Of a DNA stretch of 64,000 nucleotides, positions 49,150-60,167 are shown one piece after another. The notes below the pieces were generated by a model. It was not told where the DNA came from and made no database searches. It worked only from the letters and a program-made list of their open reading frames with translations. Made by a program: the position numbers and the translations under genes. Source of the stretch: an uncultured delta proteobacterium (GTDB lineage: Bacteria; Desulfobacterota; Binatia; Binatales; Binataceae); contig CAVRVY010000004.1 of assembly GCA_963724765.1 (NCBI GenBank), positions 1,688,474-1,752,473 on the forward strand, in the 5' to 3' direction. The first letter of the stretch is position 1; each line of letters begins with the position of its first letter.

Positions 49150-50301
49150 ATGCAGAGGCGCATCGACGTTGTTCCAACTATGAATCAAAAGAAGCCGGTA
49201 CAAGATAGACCTCTGTCACCGCCGAGAGTTCGGAGAGCTCTGAGCGTCACGAATGCGGGCTTGGCACAACTAACGGTGGGCATTGTTCTTCTCGCGAGTG
49301 TAGTCGCATGCCTGGCGCAGGAGTGGTCGCGAGTGCCGGCTCCGACGGCGCCTGTTCCGCTTTTCTCGCCACGGCAACTCGATCAAATGCTAGCGCCGAT
49401 TGCACTCTATCCAGATCCTCTGATCGCCCAGATTCTCACGGCCGCGACCTACCCGCTCGAGGTGGTCGAGGCAGATCGCTGGCTCCAGGTTCCCGCCAAT
49501 GCAGCGCTCAAGGGTGACCATTTGGCAGCGGCGCTCGAGCTTCAGCCATGGGATCCGAGCATAAAGTCGCTCGTTTCTTTCCCTCGGATCCTGAAGATGA
49601 TGGACGACAACCTCGAATGGACAGAGAAGCTGGGCGATGCCTTCCTGGCCCAGCAGGCTGACGTAATGGATTCAGTGCAACGCCTGCGCAGCAGGGCCAA
49701 AGCTGCGGGAGCTCTCGCATCGAGCGCTCAACAAGTCGTGTCAGCCCAGGACAACATCATTACGGTGGTGCCGGCGGTCCCGGGAACCGTATATGTTCCC
49801 ATTTACAATCCGACCCTGGTCTACGGCGTCTGGCCTTGGCCTGAGTACCCGCCTTTTTACTTTTGGCCCTGGCCGGGTTTCGTCATCGGGTTTGGGATCG
49901 GCATTCCGATCATCTACCCGCTATGGGGCTGGTATCACTGGGATTGGTATCGCCATCGACTGCACATCAACGTCGCCAGGTTCAACGAGCTCAACGTTCA
50001 TCGTCCGCCAGTCACGTCCGATATCTGGCAGCACGACCCGCTCCACCGCGACGGCGTCCCCTATCGTGACGCCGCAACCCGGGCTCGTTTCCAAGGTCCC
50101 GTTTCTCGTGAAGCCAGTCTCAGATCGCGTGGCTATCCGGTCGGCGCTCCATCACGCGGCGCGGTGCATGCGCCGCCGGTCTTCGAGTCCTTCGGGCCAG
50201 GAGCCGAGGTTCGGGCCCATGCGGCCCGCGGAGCCAGCTCTATGGGAGGGTTTCGCGCAGGCGGCGCAGGCTTCGGCGGACGCGGTGGGGCTCGACGTTA
50301 G
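49150..50301 (+). CDS. DUF3300-domain exported protein
   Basis: QLDQMLAPIALYPDPLIAQILTAATYPLEV, WDPSIKSL, VYVPIYNP, WQHDP.HR.GVPY. Confidence 0.88.
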   Translation: MQRRIDVVPTMNQKKPVQDRPLSPPRVRRALSVTNAGLAQLTVGIVLLASVVACLAQEWSRVPAPTAPVPLFSPRQLDQMLAPIALYPDPLIAQILTAATYPLEVVEADRWLQVPANAALKGDHLAAALELQPWDPSIKSLVSFPRILKMMDDNLEWTEKLGDAFLAQQADVMDSVQRLRSRAKAAGALASSAQQVVSAQDNIITVVPAVPGTVYVPIYNPTLVYGVWPWPEYPPFYFWPWPGFVIGFGIGIPIIYPLWGWYHWDWYRHRLHINVARFNELNVHRPPVTSDIWQHDPLHRDGVPYRDAATRARFQGPVSREASLRSRGYPVGAPSRGAVHAPPVFESFGPGAEVRAHAARGASSMGGFRAGGAGFGGRGGARR

Positions 50302-50317
50302 GTGGAAAGGAATCACG

Positions 50318-51262
50318 ATGGGAACACGCAAGAACGGTCACAGAATGATGCGGCTAGGTGTCGCAGCGCTGAGCGTTGTCGCCACATTGTCGACCGCGAG
50401 AGCATGCGCGTTTGCTGCCGGCGCGCAGCAGGAGACCTTTTCCGCGCCCGAGAAGGCAGTGGATGCTCTCATTGCGGCAAACCGCAGTGGGAACTCAGCC
50501 GCACTTCTGAAGATCTTAGGACCCGAGTCGGAGAAGTTGATTAGTTCCGGCGATCCCGTGGCCGACAAGACAGCGAGGAAGCGTTTCGTTGCGGCATACG
50601 ACGTTTCGCACAGGCTCGAGAGCCGACGTCCGGACAACGTGGTCCTTATCGTCGGCAAGGAGCACTGGCCCTTGCCGATCCCGCTCGTACGGACAGGCAA
50701 CCTTTGGCACTTCGACACCAAGGCCGGTGAGAGGGAGATCCTTGATCGACGAATCGGCCGCAATGAGTTGAAGGTGATCGAGGTTTGCCGCATCTACGTC
50801 GAGGCTCAGCGCGAATACGCCAGCGAGGATCGTTTGGGTAGCGGGCACCTCGAATACGCCCAGCATCTCCTGAGCACCTCGGACAAGCACGATGGACTCT
50901 ATTGGCCTACGAGTGGCGCCGAAAAACAAAGCCCTTTGGGTCCGCTGATCGCCAAGGCACGCGCTGCCGGTTATTTCGCCAAGGACAACGAATCGAAGCC
51001 ATTTTACGGGTATTACTACGAGATCCTCACACGCCAAGGGCCGAACGCACCGGGCGGCGCCAAAGACTACGTCGTGGATGGCCACATGACCGGGGGCTTC
51101 GCGCTGATAGCCTTCCCTGCGAGGTATGGTGACTCCGGCGTCATGACATTCATCGTCAGTCAAAACGGCATCGTCTATCAAAAGGATCTTGGTCCCGAGA
51201 CCGCGTCGATCGCAGGGAATATGACGCGCTTAGACCCGGACGCGACATGGAAGACATCGTAA
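50318..51262 (+). CDS. DUF2950-domain exported protein
   Basis: WPLPIPLV, RRIGRNEL, HDGLYWP, PFYGYYY, YGDSGVMTFIV. Confidence 0.88.
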   Translation: MGTRKNGHRMMRLGVAALSVVATLSTARACAFAAGAQQETFSAPEKAVDALIAANRSGNSAALLKILGPESEKLISSGDPVADKTARKRFVAAYDVSHRLESRRPDNVVLIVGKEHWPLPIPLVRTGNLWHFDTKAGEREILDRRIGRNELKVIEVCRIYVEAQREYASEDRLGSGHLEYAQHLLSTSDKHDGLYWPTSGAEKQSPLGPLIAKARAAGYFAKDNESKPFYGYYYEILTRQGPNAPGGAKDYVVDGHMTGGFALIAFPARYGDSGVMTFIVSQNGIVYQKDLGPETASIAGNMTRLDPDATWKTS

Positions 51263-51486
51263 CCCGCCTGTCCAAGCGACCCACGCGCTTCTCATGTTCC
51301 AGCTGCCGCTTTGGAGGTCGCCGTGCTTAGTCCTTTTTCTCTACTCAGCCGCATTCCTAAATTCGAACTGAAGGAGATGGACCATTTCCACCGTGTGGGC
51401 TGTTCCCGCTTGGAGCCGGGCATGATCATAGCTCCCATATGGGTTACGGCCAGCCGCTGACCGAGCTAGACGCCCTCCGCAACCGT

Positions 51487-52582
51487 TGTTGCTACCGAAA
51501 ACCTCGTCCGGGATGACGGAGTGCGCTGGCTGTGCTAGTGGGAGGCGCGATGTTCGTGTTCCTGGCCAAGCTTCTACTCGCCGCACGATCCCGACTGAAG
51601 TCACGGGCGAGCCTCGAGGCTGAAAACCTGATTTTGCGTCGGCAGGTGATTGTTTTAAGCCGCAAGTCCCGCTCGCGAGTGCGGCTCCGGAACCCCGATC
51701 GGCTGATCTTCGTCTGGCTGTACCGATTCTTCCCGTCGATTCTGAATGCAATCGTCATAGTCAAGCCGGAGACGGTGATCCGCTGGCACCGGCGCGGCCT
51801 CCGTGCCTATTGGCGTTGGAAGTCTCGCCGGCGCGGCGGACGTCCGAGGATTGACGGTGAGATTCGGGACCTGATTCGGCGCATGAACCGAGATAACCCG
51901 TTATGGGGCGCGCCGCGGATTCACGCCGAACTGCTCATGCTTGGGATCGAGGTGGCCGAATCAACCGTCGGCAGGTACCTCCCGAGGCGGGGACGCCCAC
52001 CATCCCAAGGTTGGAGGACGTTCCTCTGCAATCACGCTGCCGGAATCGCGTCGATCGATCTGTTCGTCGTGCGCACGATATCGTTCAGGCTGCTCTATGG
52101 CTTAGTGATTTTGCGTCACGCTCGACGGCGGCTGGTTACTGTCAGCGTGACCTCCAATCCGACCGCCGAGTGGATTGCGGGTCAGGTCACTGATGCTTTC
52201 CCCTGGGATGAAGCGCCAAGTCATCTGATTCGAGACCGCGACGCTGCATTCGGTCCAGCCTATACCCGCCGCATTCGTGCAATGGGAATCCGCGATCACC
52301 CTACGGCGCCACGCTCGCCATGGCAGAACGGCCACGTCGAGCGGCTCATCGGATCAATACGTCGCGAATGCCTCGATCACGTGGTCGTGTTCGGTGAGGC
52401 GCACCTGCGTCGTGTCCTGAAGACCTACGCTTCCTATTACAACAAGGTCCGGACACACCTCTCGTTGGATAAAAATGCGCCGGACTTCCGTCGTCCTCTA
52501 TGGGTGGGCGACATCGTGCCAATTCCCATCCTTGGTGGGCTGCATCATCAATATGTCCGGCACTAAGTTTTGACTAGGTACA
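51487..52582 (+). mobile_element. apparently complete IS481-like element; transposase 51532-52566
   Basis: TGT..ACA termini with imperfect IR (TGTTGCTACCGAAAAC / TGTACCTAGTCAAAAC); DDE motifs SIDLF, IRDRD, NGHVERLIGSIRRECLD. Confidence 0.88.
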
Positions 52583-52654
52583 ACTACTGAATCCTGTTTC
52601 TTAGGAGGAACCACAAGACTTGTAGACACTGATGCCGTCTCGTTGTGCGTACGC

Positions 52655-54265
52655 TTAGACTCGTACTACGTTCAGGGTCAGGGTGACATCGTCGCGCAAT
52701 AGCGCGCGAATATGACACCCGCGCTCGGCGACTTCGACCAACCGCTTGAGCTTATCCTCACCCTCCGGGGTGGAGATCCGCAATTCCAGATTGATCGCCT
52801 TAACGTGCCCGGTTTCGGTGCATCGGCCCGAAAGCGAGGCCGCAGCCAAATCAAAGTTGCGCGCCCGTGCCGCGACTCGCAGCGACATCAACAGACACGA
52901 GCCCAAGGCGCCCATGAACGATGTAACCGGGTCGGGCCCCTCATCCGGTTCAGCTGAATTGGTCCAGCCGATCGACCCGTGACGAACGCTGGTCCTAAGC
53001 CCATCGCCGCTGAACTCGACCGCAACCTCGCGCTTCGCAAACGCCAGTGCTGGTGCCGCCGCGGACACACCGGGAAACTCGGCGGCCTCAAGCAACTGCT
53101 TGACCTTGACGGTAAAGCGGGAGGCCGTCGCGCCATCGATGCCGCGATGGTCGTAGGCGACCGCTATCTGCATCGCAGCGCGCACCTCCGCCCGCCCATC
53201 GATCGCGAGCACTTCGTCGCAGACCGCGCCCGCAAATATGAGGGCCGCCTGGGGCGCGAAGATCACTGGTGTGCCGTTCTCGACGCCGAACGCGCCCAGA
53301 TTGGAGACCGTGAAGGTGGCGCCCTCTAGCTCCGCGGGCGCAAGTTTCTTGGCGCGTGCTCTCTCGGCCAACTGGTTGACGCGTGCGCTCAACTCCGCTG
53401 GCGTCATCAAGTGGGCGTCGTGCACTACCGGCACCACCAGGCCCTCGGGCGTATCAACTGCTACGCCAAGGTTCACTCGGTCGTAGATAAGCATCTCGCT
53501 TTCAGCGAAAGCGGCGTTGATGCGCGGATTGTCTGTCAAGGCTTTCGCGGCAGCGTAAAGAATCAAATCCGTCACTGACAGATGGCTGCCGGCGGCATTG
53601 AAGGCTTTGCGCGCCGCAAGCGCCCGGCTCATGTCCACTCGCACCATTTGCACGAAATGCGGAACGCTTTGCCAGCTCGCCACGAGGTTGCGGGCGCCGA
53701 TTTGCTGAATCCGGGTAAGCTTCTCGCGGCGTGCCGGCACCAGGGCGCCCGCAGCGGGTGGCGCGGATACGCCGGCCGATGGAGCGGCTGGCGCCGCCCT
53801 GAGCGCGCCAATTGCAGCGCGTACATCGTCTTCAGTCACTGCGCCGGCGCTACCATGACCGACGATACGCCCGAGGTCGATCCCATGCTCAGCGGCCAAC
53901 CGTCGGGCACGGGGCGAAGCGAGCGTGCGGCGTGCGGCCGGAGCGCCACCCTTAACAGGTGCTCCGGCGCGCGCCTGGGTGGGCGCCGGGGCCCCCGGCG
54001 AATCGCCAATCTGCACCGGTGATTCACCCGGGGTAAGCAATATCACTAGCATACCGCCGACCGCCACCGTGTCACCCTCGCGCGCGGCGTGTGGGCCCAT
54101 TACACCCGCAACCGGTGACTCGACTTCGACCTCGGTCTTGTCGGTCTCGATTGTGAGGATGGCCTCGCCCTCGCGGACTGGCTCACCGGGTTGTTTATGC
54201 CAGTGAATGACTTTGCCCTCGCTCATCGTATGTCCGAGCTTGGGCATCTGGATCGCTGTCGCCAT
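52655..54265 (-). CDS. 2-oxoacid/acetoin dehydrogenase E2 fused to a C-terminal OsmC-like domain
   Basis: lipoyl ETDKT, PSBD ASPRARRLA, catalytic DHRGIDG; then GPDPVTSFMGALGSCL..VAERGCHI. Confidence 0.88.
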   Translation of the reverse strand: MATAIQMPKLGHTMSEGKVIHWHKQPGEPVREGEAILTIETDKTEVEVESPVAGVMGPHAAREGDTVAVGGMLVILLTPGESPVQIGDSPGAPAPTQARAGAPVKGGAPAARRTLASPRARRLAAEHGIDLGRIVGHGSAGAVTEDDVRAAIGALRAAPAAPSAGVSAPPAAGALVPARREKLTRIQQIGARNLVASWQSVPHFVQMVRVDMSRALAARKAFNAAGSHLSVTDLILYAAAKALTDNPRINAAFAESEMLIYDRVNLGVAVDTPEGLVVPVVHDAHLMTPAELSARVNQLAERARAKKLAPAELEGATFTVSNLGAFGVENGTPVIFAPQAALIFAGAVCDEVLAIDGRAEVRAAMQIAVAYDHRGIDGATASRFTVKVKQLLEAAEFPGVSAAAPALAFAKREVAVEFSGDGLRTSVRHGSIGWTNSAEPDEGPDPVTSFMGALGSCLLMSLRVAARARNFDLAAASLSGRCTETGHVKAINLELRISTPEGEDKLKRLVEVAERGCHIRALLRDDVTLTLNVVRV

Positions 54266-54330
54266 TGGGTAGCCGGAAGTTTGTAGCGCTGGACGCCTTG
54301 GCGCCTGGCCAGCATAAATTAACTGTCAGT

Positions 54331-55305
54331 CTAGGCCAGTAGTTCGCGGCATGCGTCGTAAATCTTCTGCTCGTTCGGGAGCACGAACTTCTCGAGTACC
54401 GCGGAAGTTGGAATCGGCACGTCGGGCATCGCGACCCGGCGGAGCGGCCGTTCGAGGTAATCTAGCGCCTCCTCCATCAGCATCGCGCCGATCTCCGCAC
54501 CCACTCCGAGAGTTTTGTAGGCTTCCTCGGCAACAACGATCCTGCCGGTCTTCTTTACAGACTCGATTATCGTCGGACGGTCGAACGGGTTGAGCGAGCG
54601 CGGATCGATGACCTCTATGTTGTAGCCTTCCTGGGCCAGTCGCGCGGCCACCTTGAGCGCCTTAGGCACCATTGCGGAGAGCGCGACTAGCGTCAGCGCA
54701 TCACCTTCGCGACGGATCGCGGCCTTGCCCATCGGCACCAGCAGGTCGGGATCCTCAGACACCTCGCCTTTGGTCGCGTAGAGCAGTTTGTGTTCGAAGT
54801 ATAAGACCGGATCATCGCTGCGGATGGCGCTCTTGAGCAACCCCTTGGCGTCAGCAGGAGTGGCCGGCGACACGATACGCAGCCCGGGTGTGTGCATGAA
54901 GAAGGCTTCGGGGCACTGGCCGTGCTCTGGGCCTACCCCGGCCGCGCCCGACGGGCATCGAACGACCATTGGCACTGTAAACGCGCCGCCATGCACGTAG
55001 CGCCACATTCCTGCTTTAAGCACGATTTCGTCGGCGGCGGTGAACAGAAAGTCGGCGAACTGCAATTCCACTATCGGCCGCAGGCCCGTGATCGCGGCGC
55101 CGACCCCGGCGCCCACGATCGCATTTTCTGAAATCGGCGTGTCAAAAACACGTTCCTCACCGAACTCTTGCTTGAGGCCCGCGGTAATCTTGAAGATTCC
55201 GCCGAAGTTGGCGACGTCCTCGCCGTACAAGATCACGGAAGGATCGCGCCTCATCTCCTCGGCTATTGCCTCGTTGATCGCTCGCGCGTATGTGATTGTG
55301 CGCAT
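54331..55305 (-). CDS. TPP-dependent dehydrogenase E1 beta subunit
   Basis: GEDVA, RVFDTPISE, DAKGLLKSAI, EHKLLY. Confidence 0.93.
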   Translation of the reverse strand: MRTITYARAINEAIAEEMRRDPSVILYGEDVANFGGIFKITAGLKQEFGEERVFDTPISENAIVGAGVGAAITGLRPIVELQFADFLFTAADEIVLKAGMWRYVHGGAFTVPMVVRCPSGAAGVGPEHGQCPEAFFMHTPGLRIVSPATPADAKGLLKSAIRSDDPVLYFEHKLLYATKGEVSEDPDLLVPMGKAAIRREGDALTLVALSAMVPKALKVAARLAQEGYNIEVIDPRSLNPFDRPTIIESVKKTGRIVVAEEAYKTLGVGAEIGAMLMEEALDYLERPLRRVAMPDVPIPTSAVLEKFVLPNEQKIYDACRELLA

Positions 55306-55335
55306 CTTCGATACTTCCCGCCGTACGGCTTTGAC

Positions 55336-56295
55336 CTAATTGGCGTAGACATCATCCAGCGCTGACTCTGGCCGGAGGGACTGCGCCGCCTGCATAACAG
55401 CGACGGCCTGATCGATCTGTGCCCTGACCTCAGCATTGATTTTCGCAATCTCCGCCTCGTTCAGGATCTTCGCTTCCGTCAACTTGCGCTCATAAGCCGC
55501 AAGTGGATCACGCCGCCATTCCTTCTCGACTTCTTCGCGCGAGCGGTAGTCGTCGGGGTCGCCGATCCAGTGTCCCCACAGGCGATAGGTCTTGGCTTCA
55601 ATCAGCGAGGGACCTTCGCCGCGCCGGGCGCGCGCGACGGCCTCTGCTACGGCTTCATACACCTGGACGACGTCGTTGCCGTCCACCATCTTGCCCGGCA
55701 TGTTATAACCTTTGGCGCGATCCACGATGTCCGGATTCGCGGTGGACGTGGCTGTTGGCACGGAGACCGCCCAGCCGTTGTTCTCGCACAGGAAGATCAC
55801 AGGCAGCCTTCGCACCGCGCACAAGTTCGCGCTCTCGTGAAAGGTGCCGCGGTTCGACGTCCCGTCGCCAAAGAAGCAGAGCACGACCTTGTCCTGTTTT
55901 TTGATCTTGATCGAGAGCCCAGCGCCGGTAGCTATGGGAAAGCATCCGCCCAGCGTTCCGCTCTCGCCCAACACTCCGCGTGCCGGATCGACAACGTGCA
56001 TCACGCCGCCGCGGCCCTTGTTCGTACCACCTTCCTTGCCGGCGAGGTCGCACAGTATCCTATCGAGCGGGATCCCGCGCGCCACCCAGTAGGCGACCCC
56101 GCGATGCGCATACATCATGTAGTCATCCGGGCGTAGGGCAGCAATCGCCGCCACCTGGAGCGCCTCCTGGCCAACCCCCGGATGCATGAAGCCGCCCGCT
56201 TGTCCGCTCTTGATGAGCTCGGCGATGCGCTCTTCGAGCCGACGGCTCAAGATCATCTTGCGGTAGATGTCGAGTCTAAGCTTCTCATCCATCAT
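55336..56295 (-). CDS. TPP-dependent dehydrogenase E1 alpha subunit
   Basis: HPGVGQEA, GDGTSNRG..ENN TPP motif, TYRLWGH. Confidence 0.93.
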   Translation of the reverse strand: MMDEKLRLDIYRKMILSRRLEERIAELIKSGQAGGFMHPGVGQEALQVAAIAALRPDDYMMYAHRGVAYWVARGIPLDRILCDLAGKEGGTNKGRGGVMHVVDPARGVLGESGTLGGCFPIATGAGLSIKIKKQDKVVLCFFGDGTSNRGTFHESANLCAVRRLPVIFLCENNGWAVSVPTATSTANPDIVDRAKGYNMPGKMVDGNDVVQVYEAVAEAVARARRGEGPSLIEAKTYRLWGHWIGDPDDYRSREEVEKEWRRDPLAAYERKLTEAKILNEAEIAKINAEVRAQIDQAVAVMQAAQSLRPESALDDVYAN

Positions 56296-56353
56296 CGGAG
56301 TTTCTCCCATGCGGTCTGGAATCGCACGCGCACTTGCCTGAACCGATAGCGCA

Positions 56354-57139
56354 TCACGGCCGCAGTGGCGCGCGTCCCAGCACGATTCCGCCATCCACCG
56401 CCACCACCTGTCCGGTGATATTCGCGGCCCGATCCGAGCACAGAAACGCGACCGTGTTACCGATATCTTCAGGCGTCTGTTCCCGACCCAGCGGAGTCAG
56501 CGTGCGCACCGTCATGTCGAAAGTTCCGCGTGCCCGCTCGGCGCCACCTCCAATTGCCGCGCCCAGGTCTTCCCAGACCTTCGTGTAGATCAGGCCGGGT
56601 GCGACCGCATTGACCCGGATTCCCTTGGGGCCCACCTGCAGCGCCAGCGTGCGGGTATAGGAGATGACCGCGGCCTTCGCCGCCGCGTATGCGGCCAGAA
56701 ACGGCGTCGCCAGCATTCCCGCGATGGACGACGTATTGCATACCGCGCCGCCGGCGACCATCCGCGGCACAATCTCCCGGGACACGATGTAGACCGAGTT
56801 TAGATTCAGCTCGACATAACGCCGCCAGATCTCCACGCTGTGCCATTCGGCGTCCCGTCCGCTCTCGAACCATCCCAACTCTCCGCCACCTGCGTTGTTG
56901 CACAGCACGTCGGGATGCGGCCCGAACTTCGCCGCGATCGCTTCCATCACCGCATGGATCTGCGCCTCGTCGGTCACGTCGCCATTGAAGCCTTCGATTC
57001 GATCCGCCATGTCCGCCGGCACAGGCACAGGCGCACGATCGATCACCGCTATCCGATCCACCACCTTGTCGGCCAGCAGAGCACGCACGATTCCCAGACC
57101 GAGCCCGCGGGCACCGCCCGTCACAATCGCGTATTTCAT
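56354..57139 (-). CDS. SDR-family oxidoreductase
   Basis: TGGARGLG, NNAG, YAAAK, IRVNAVAPG. Confidence 0.93.
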   Translation of the reverse strand: MKYAIVTGGARGLGLGIVRALLADKVVDRIAVIDRAPVPVPADMADRIEGFNGDVTDEAQIHAVMEAIAAKFGPHPDVLCNNAGGGELGWFESGRDAEWHSVEIWRRYVELNLNSVYIVSREIVPRMVAGGAVCNTSSIAGMLATPFLAAYAAAKAAVISYTRTLALQVGPKGIRVNAVAPGLIYTKVWEDLGAAIGGGAERARGTFDMTVRTLTPLGREQTPEDIGNTVAFLCSDRAANITGQVVAVDGGIVLGRAPLRP

Positions 57140-57699
57140 GACGCCTCCTTACGCCTACGCTGTTACCCCGCGGTGCTTTGCGCGGCGCGGCCCAATTCAT
57201 CGCTTATCTAGCAAAAGGAATCGCTGATCAAAATCTGATCAGGGAAGTTCATTTCCCTGATGTGCCGTCGAAATTCCCTGTTCGTACTTCGGCTGCGGAT
57301 TTCTTCCGACAGCCTCCAAAGTTTCTCCTCGTTGTCCTTCGCGAATGAAGGGCCCAGTTGGTGCTCTGGGCCGGCGGCTGTTCGAATTCTCGCTCAATCC
57401 GGCGGCGGTCGCGTTCATCGGCCCCGGGCCTCGGTTTGCGGCCCCCAGGCGCAGCCAGATCTGCAACGTCGGCAACAAGTTTTCGCATTGCCCAAGCGAC
57501 CGGCAGCGCAACGACGGACCCGACGGAATTACTTGCGCTGGATAGACTTCACGTAATCAACGAGCCGAGCGATTTTGTCCTCGGCCTCTTGGGGAGTGCG
57601 CTCTGGTACAAAGGGTCCCCCAAGCGCACCCTGTCGGAACATGAACGCGTAGCCCAGATTGGCATCTCGCGCGTACCATGGGAATCAACGGTCCGCGTA

Positions 57700-57800
57700 C
57701 CTTGAGGAAGGCGATGAACTCGACGTGCCGATGACGTCTGAAGCAGCGCGCACGGACCTTGCCACTGGCCACCTCCAGGGCAGCAAACAAACAGCGTCGC
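57700..57800 (-). mobile_element. IS630-family transposase fragment
   Basis: LFAALEVASGKVRARCFRRHRHVEFIAFL. Confidence 0.65.
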
Positions 57801-57971
57801 GCTAATCACCGCCTGCTTCTTGGCCGCCGTGATTCGCCGCGGTCGGCCCGCGCTGCGCGATTCCGTTCTGGAAACTCTCGACGGGCGGGAAGTCTATTCT
57901 CATCGTAATCGCTTTACCGATGCCCGCGTCGACGCCTGAACCGTGGTATCGTAGGCGCGAAGACGACGAAT

Positions 57972-58462
57972 ATGACTACCGAAAAGAAGCCGTCAGCAAA
58001 CCGGGCTAAGTTCTCCGACAGGCGCAAGATCAGGAACCTCACCGAAGAACTGAGCCGTGAAGAATACGGGCCGGGGTTGCCCCTGCTCGACGCCGCCGTG
58101 GCAGGCGTCATTCTCGGCTTCAAGCCGTCGGATCGCGAGATGCGCGAGCAGGCGCAGCGCTGCTGGGAAATTCTGAAGCCGCAACTTAATCAGCATCTGT
58201 TGAGCGAAGATGAAACCGTGCTGCCCTGGGCGGAGGGTGCCGGCGGCCTTCCCTCTGAGGTCATGAATCGAATCAGAACAGCCACGGCGAAATGCGCTCG
58301 TTAATCAGCAAGCTTACTGGAGTGTCATTCGAAGAAAATCCGGACAAAATCGTCGCCGTGGCTGGCAAGGCTCTATGTGTGCTCGCGGTGAAGCTCGACG
58401 ATTCGATCGATAGTGAGGAAATGCGCCTGCTGCCAGCGCTCAGAAGGATGTTGTTCGCCTAG
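57972..58462 (+). pseudogene. hemerythrin-like protein, frameshifted near 58280
   Basis: QHLLSEDETVLPW, frameshift, HGEMR..DSIDSEEMRLLPAL. Confidence 0.55.
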
Positions 58463-58515
58463 GTCCGGACTAGCTCCTCGATGTTCGAGGGGACTGCTTC
58501 CCGACGTCTATTTCG

Positions 58516-59730
58516 ATGGACTTCGACTACACACCAGAGCAGCAGCAATTCCGCAGCCAAGTTCGCGCATGGTTGGAGACGACGGCCTCGGAACTTTTTG
58601 GCGATCTTGTCGACTCGTCGAGTGCGACTGTCGAAAGCCTGCTCTACAGCCACGACGACCAACTCTGGCAGAAGATACTCGCGTACCATCGGCGGCTCCA
58701 CGGCGCGGGGTACCTCGCTCTTCACTGGCCGAAGCAGTGGGGCGGGAGTGAAGCCGGCGTGGTCGAGCAGTCGATTTACCAGGACGAGGCTTAGCGCCTG
58801 GGGCTCCCTTTATACGGCGCGAACAATTTCGCGATCGATCGGATTGGTCCGACGATTATGCTGTTGGGCAGCGAGGAGCAAAAGAAACGGTTTCTAGCTC
58901 CGATGCTCACAGGTGAAGAAATTTGGTGCCAAGGATACTCCGAACCCAACGCAGGTTCCGATCTGGCGGGACTTCAAACGCGGGCGGTGCTCGAGGGCGA
59001 CTCGTTTGTGCTGAACGGCCAGAAGGTATGGACCAGCAATGCGCATCGCGCGCAGTACCAGGTCCTACTCGTTCGCACTGATCCAGCCGCGCCCAAGCAC
59101 AGAGGAATTTCGTATCTGCTTGTCGATCTGCGCAGTCCGGGAATTACGGTCCGGCCTCTCATGCAGATTACCGGCGAGATGGGATTCAACGAGGTCTTTT
59201 ACGACGGAGTGCGAGTGCCGAGGCAAAACCTGGTCGGCAAGCTGAACGAAGGGTGGCAAGTGTCGATCGCAACGCTGATGTTTCAGCGCGCCTCGGGCGG
59301 AGTGAGCCATCCGGTGGAACGCACGATGGGCGAATTGGTCACGCTTGCAAAGACAGTCGCCTTTGACGGCATGCCCGCGTCGGAGAATCCATACGTCCGC
59401 CAGAAGCTCGCGCAGTTTGCCGCGGAGGCGCGATGTATCCGGCTTGGCCGCTATCGCGCGATGAGCGCTCAGCTCAAGGGTCGACCGCCCGGGCCGGCGA
59501 GTTCGATTGGAAAACTATGCGCGACGGAACTCAACTTGCGCTTGGCAATGTTTGCCGACGAGATGCTCGGTCTTTACGCGAACCTCGAAAGCGAATCGAT
59601 TGGAACTGTCGAGTGCGGCAAATGGACCAACCGGATAATTGCTGCCCGGGAGTTTACGATCGCCGGCGGTACCAGCGAAATCCAGCGCAACATCATCGGC
59701 GAGCGCGTGCTGGGCTTACCTAAGGGCTGA
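58516..59730 (+). pseudogene. acyl-CoA dehydrogenase with an in-frame TAG at 58792
   Basis: WPKQWGG..QDEA*RLGLP..WCQGYSEPNAGSDLA, GQKVWTS, TIAGGTSEIQRNIIGERVLGLP. Confidence 0.88.
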
Positions 59731-60167
59731 CTCTCGAACGTCCAAGACACCTTTACGTTCTGGAGGGACGGATCCGGATCTTCCTGCGCGACCCCAAGGA
59801 GGATGTGCGCCTCGCGCCAGGCCAAACCTATTCGGTTCGACCACGCCGCCCCACACCTTGTCACCTACGGCGGTGAGACTGCGGCAACCTTTCTAGTTCT
59901 GCAAGGTATCGGCGAATACGACTTCGTTCCGCTCACATAAGTGCGTACGCCATTTCCGGTTCGACGGTTCGCGACTCGTCTACAGTCAAGTGAGGAGCTT
60001 CGAATCGGCTATGCGTTTAGTTCGTTGAGCAGCGCTCTGGAATCCGTGAGGTCGGCCGCCAAAGATTCGGCTTGCTCGTATTTTCATACAAATCCGGCTG
60101 GGGCGGATTTCCGCGAGGCTACCGCGCAGGGTTGCCGTGAGCGGGTTTGTCCAGCGTCGCCAGCGCG

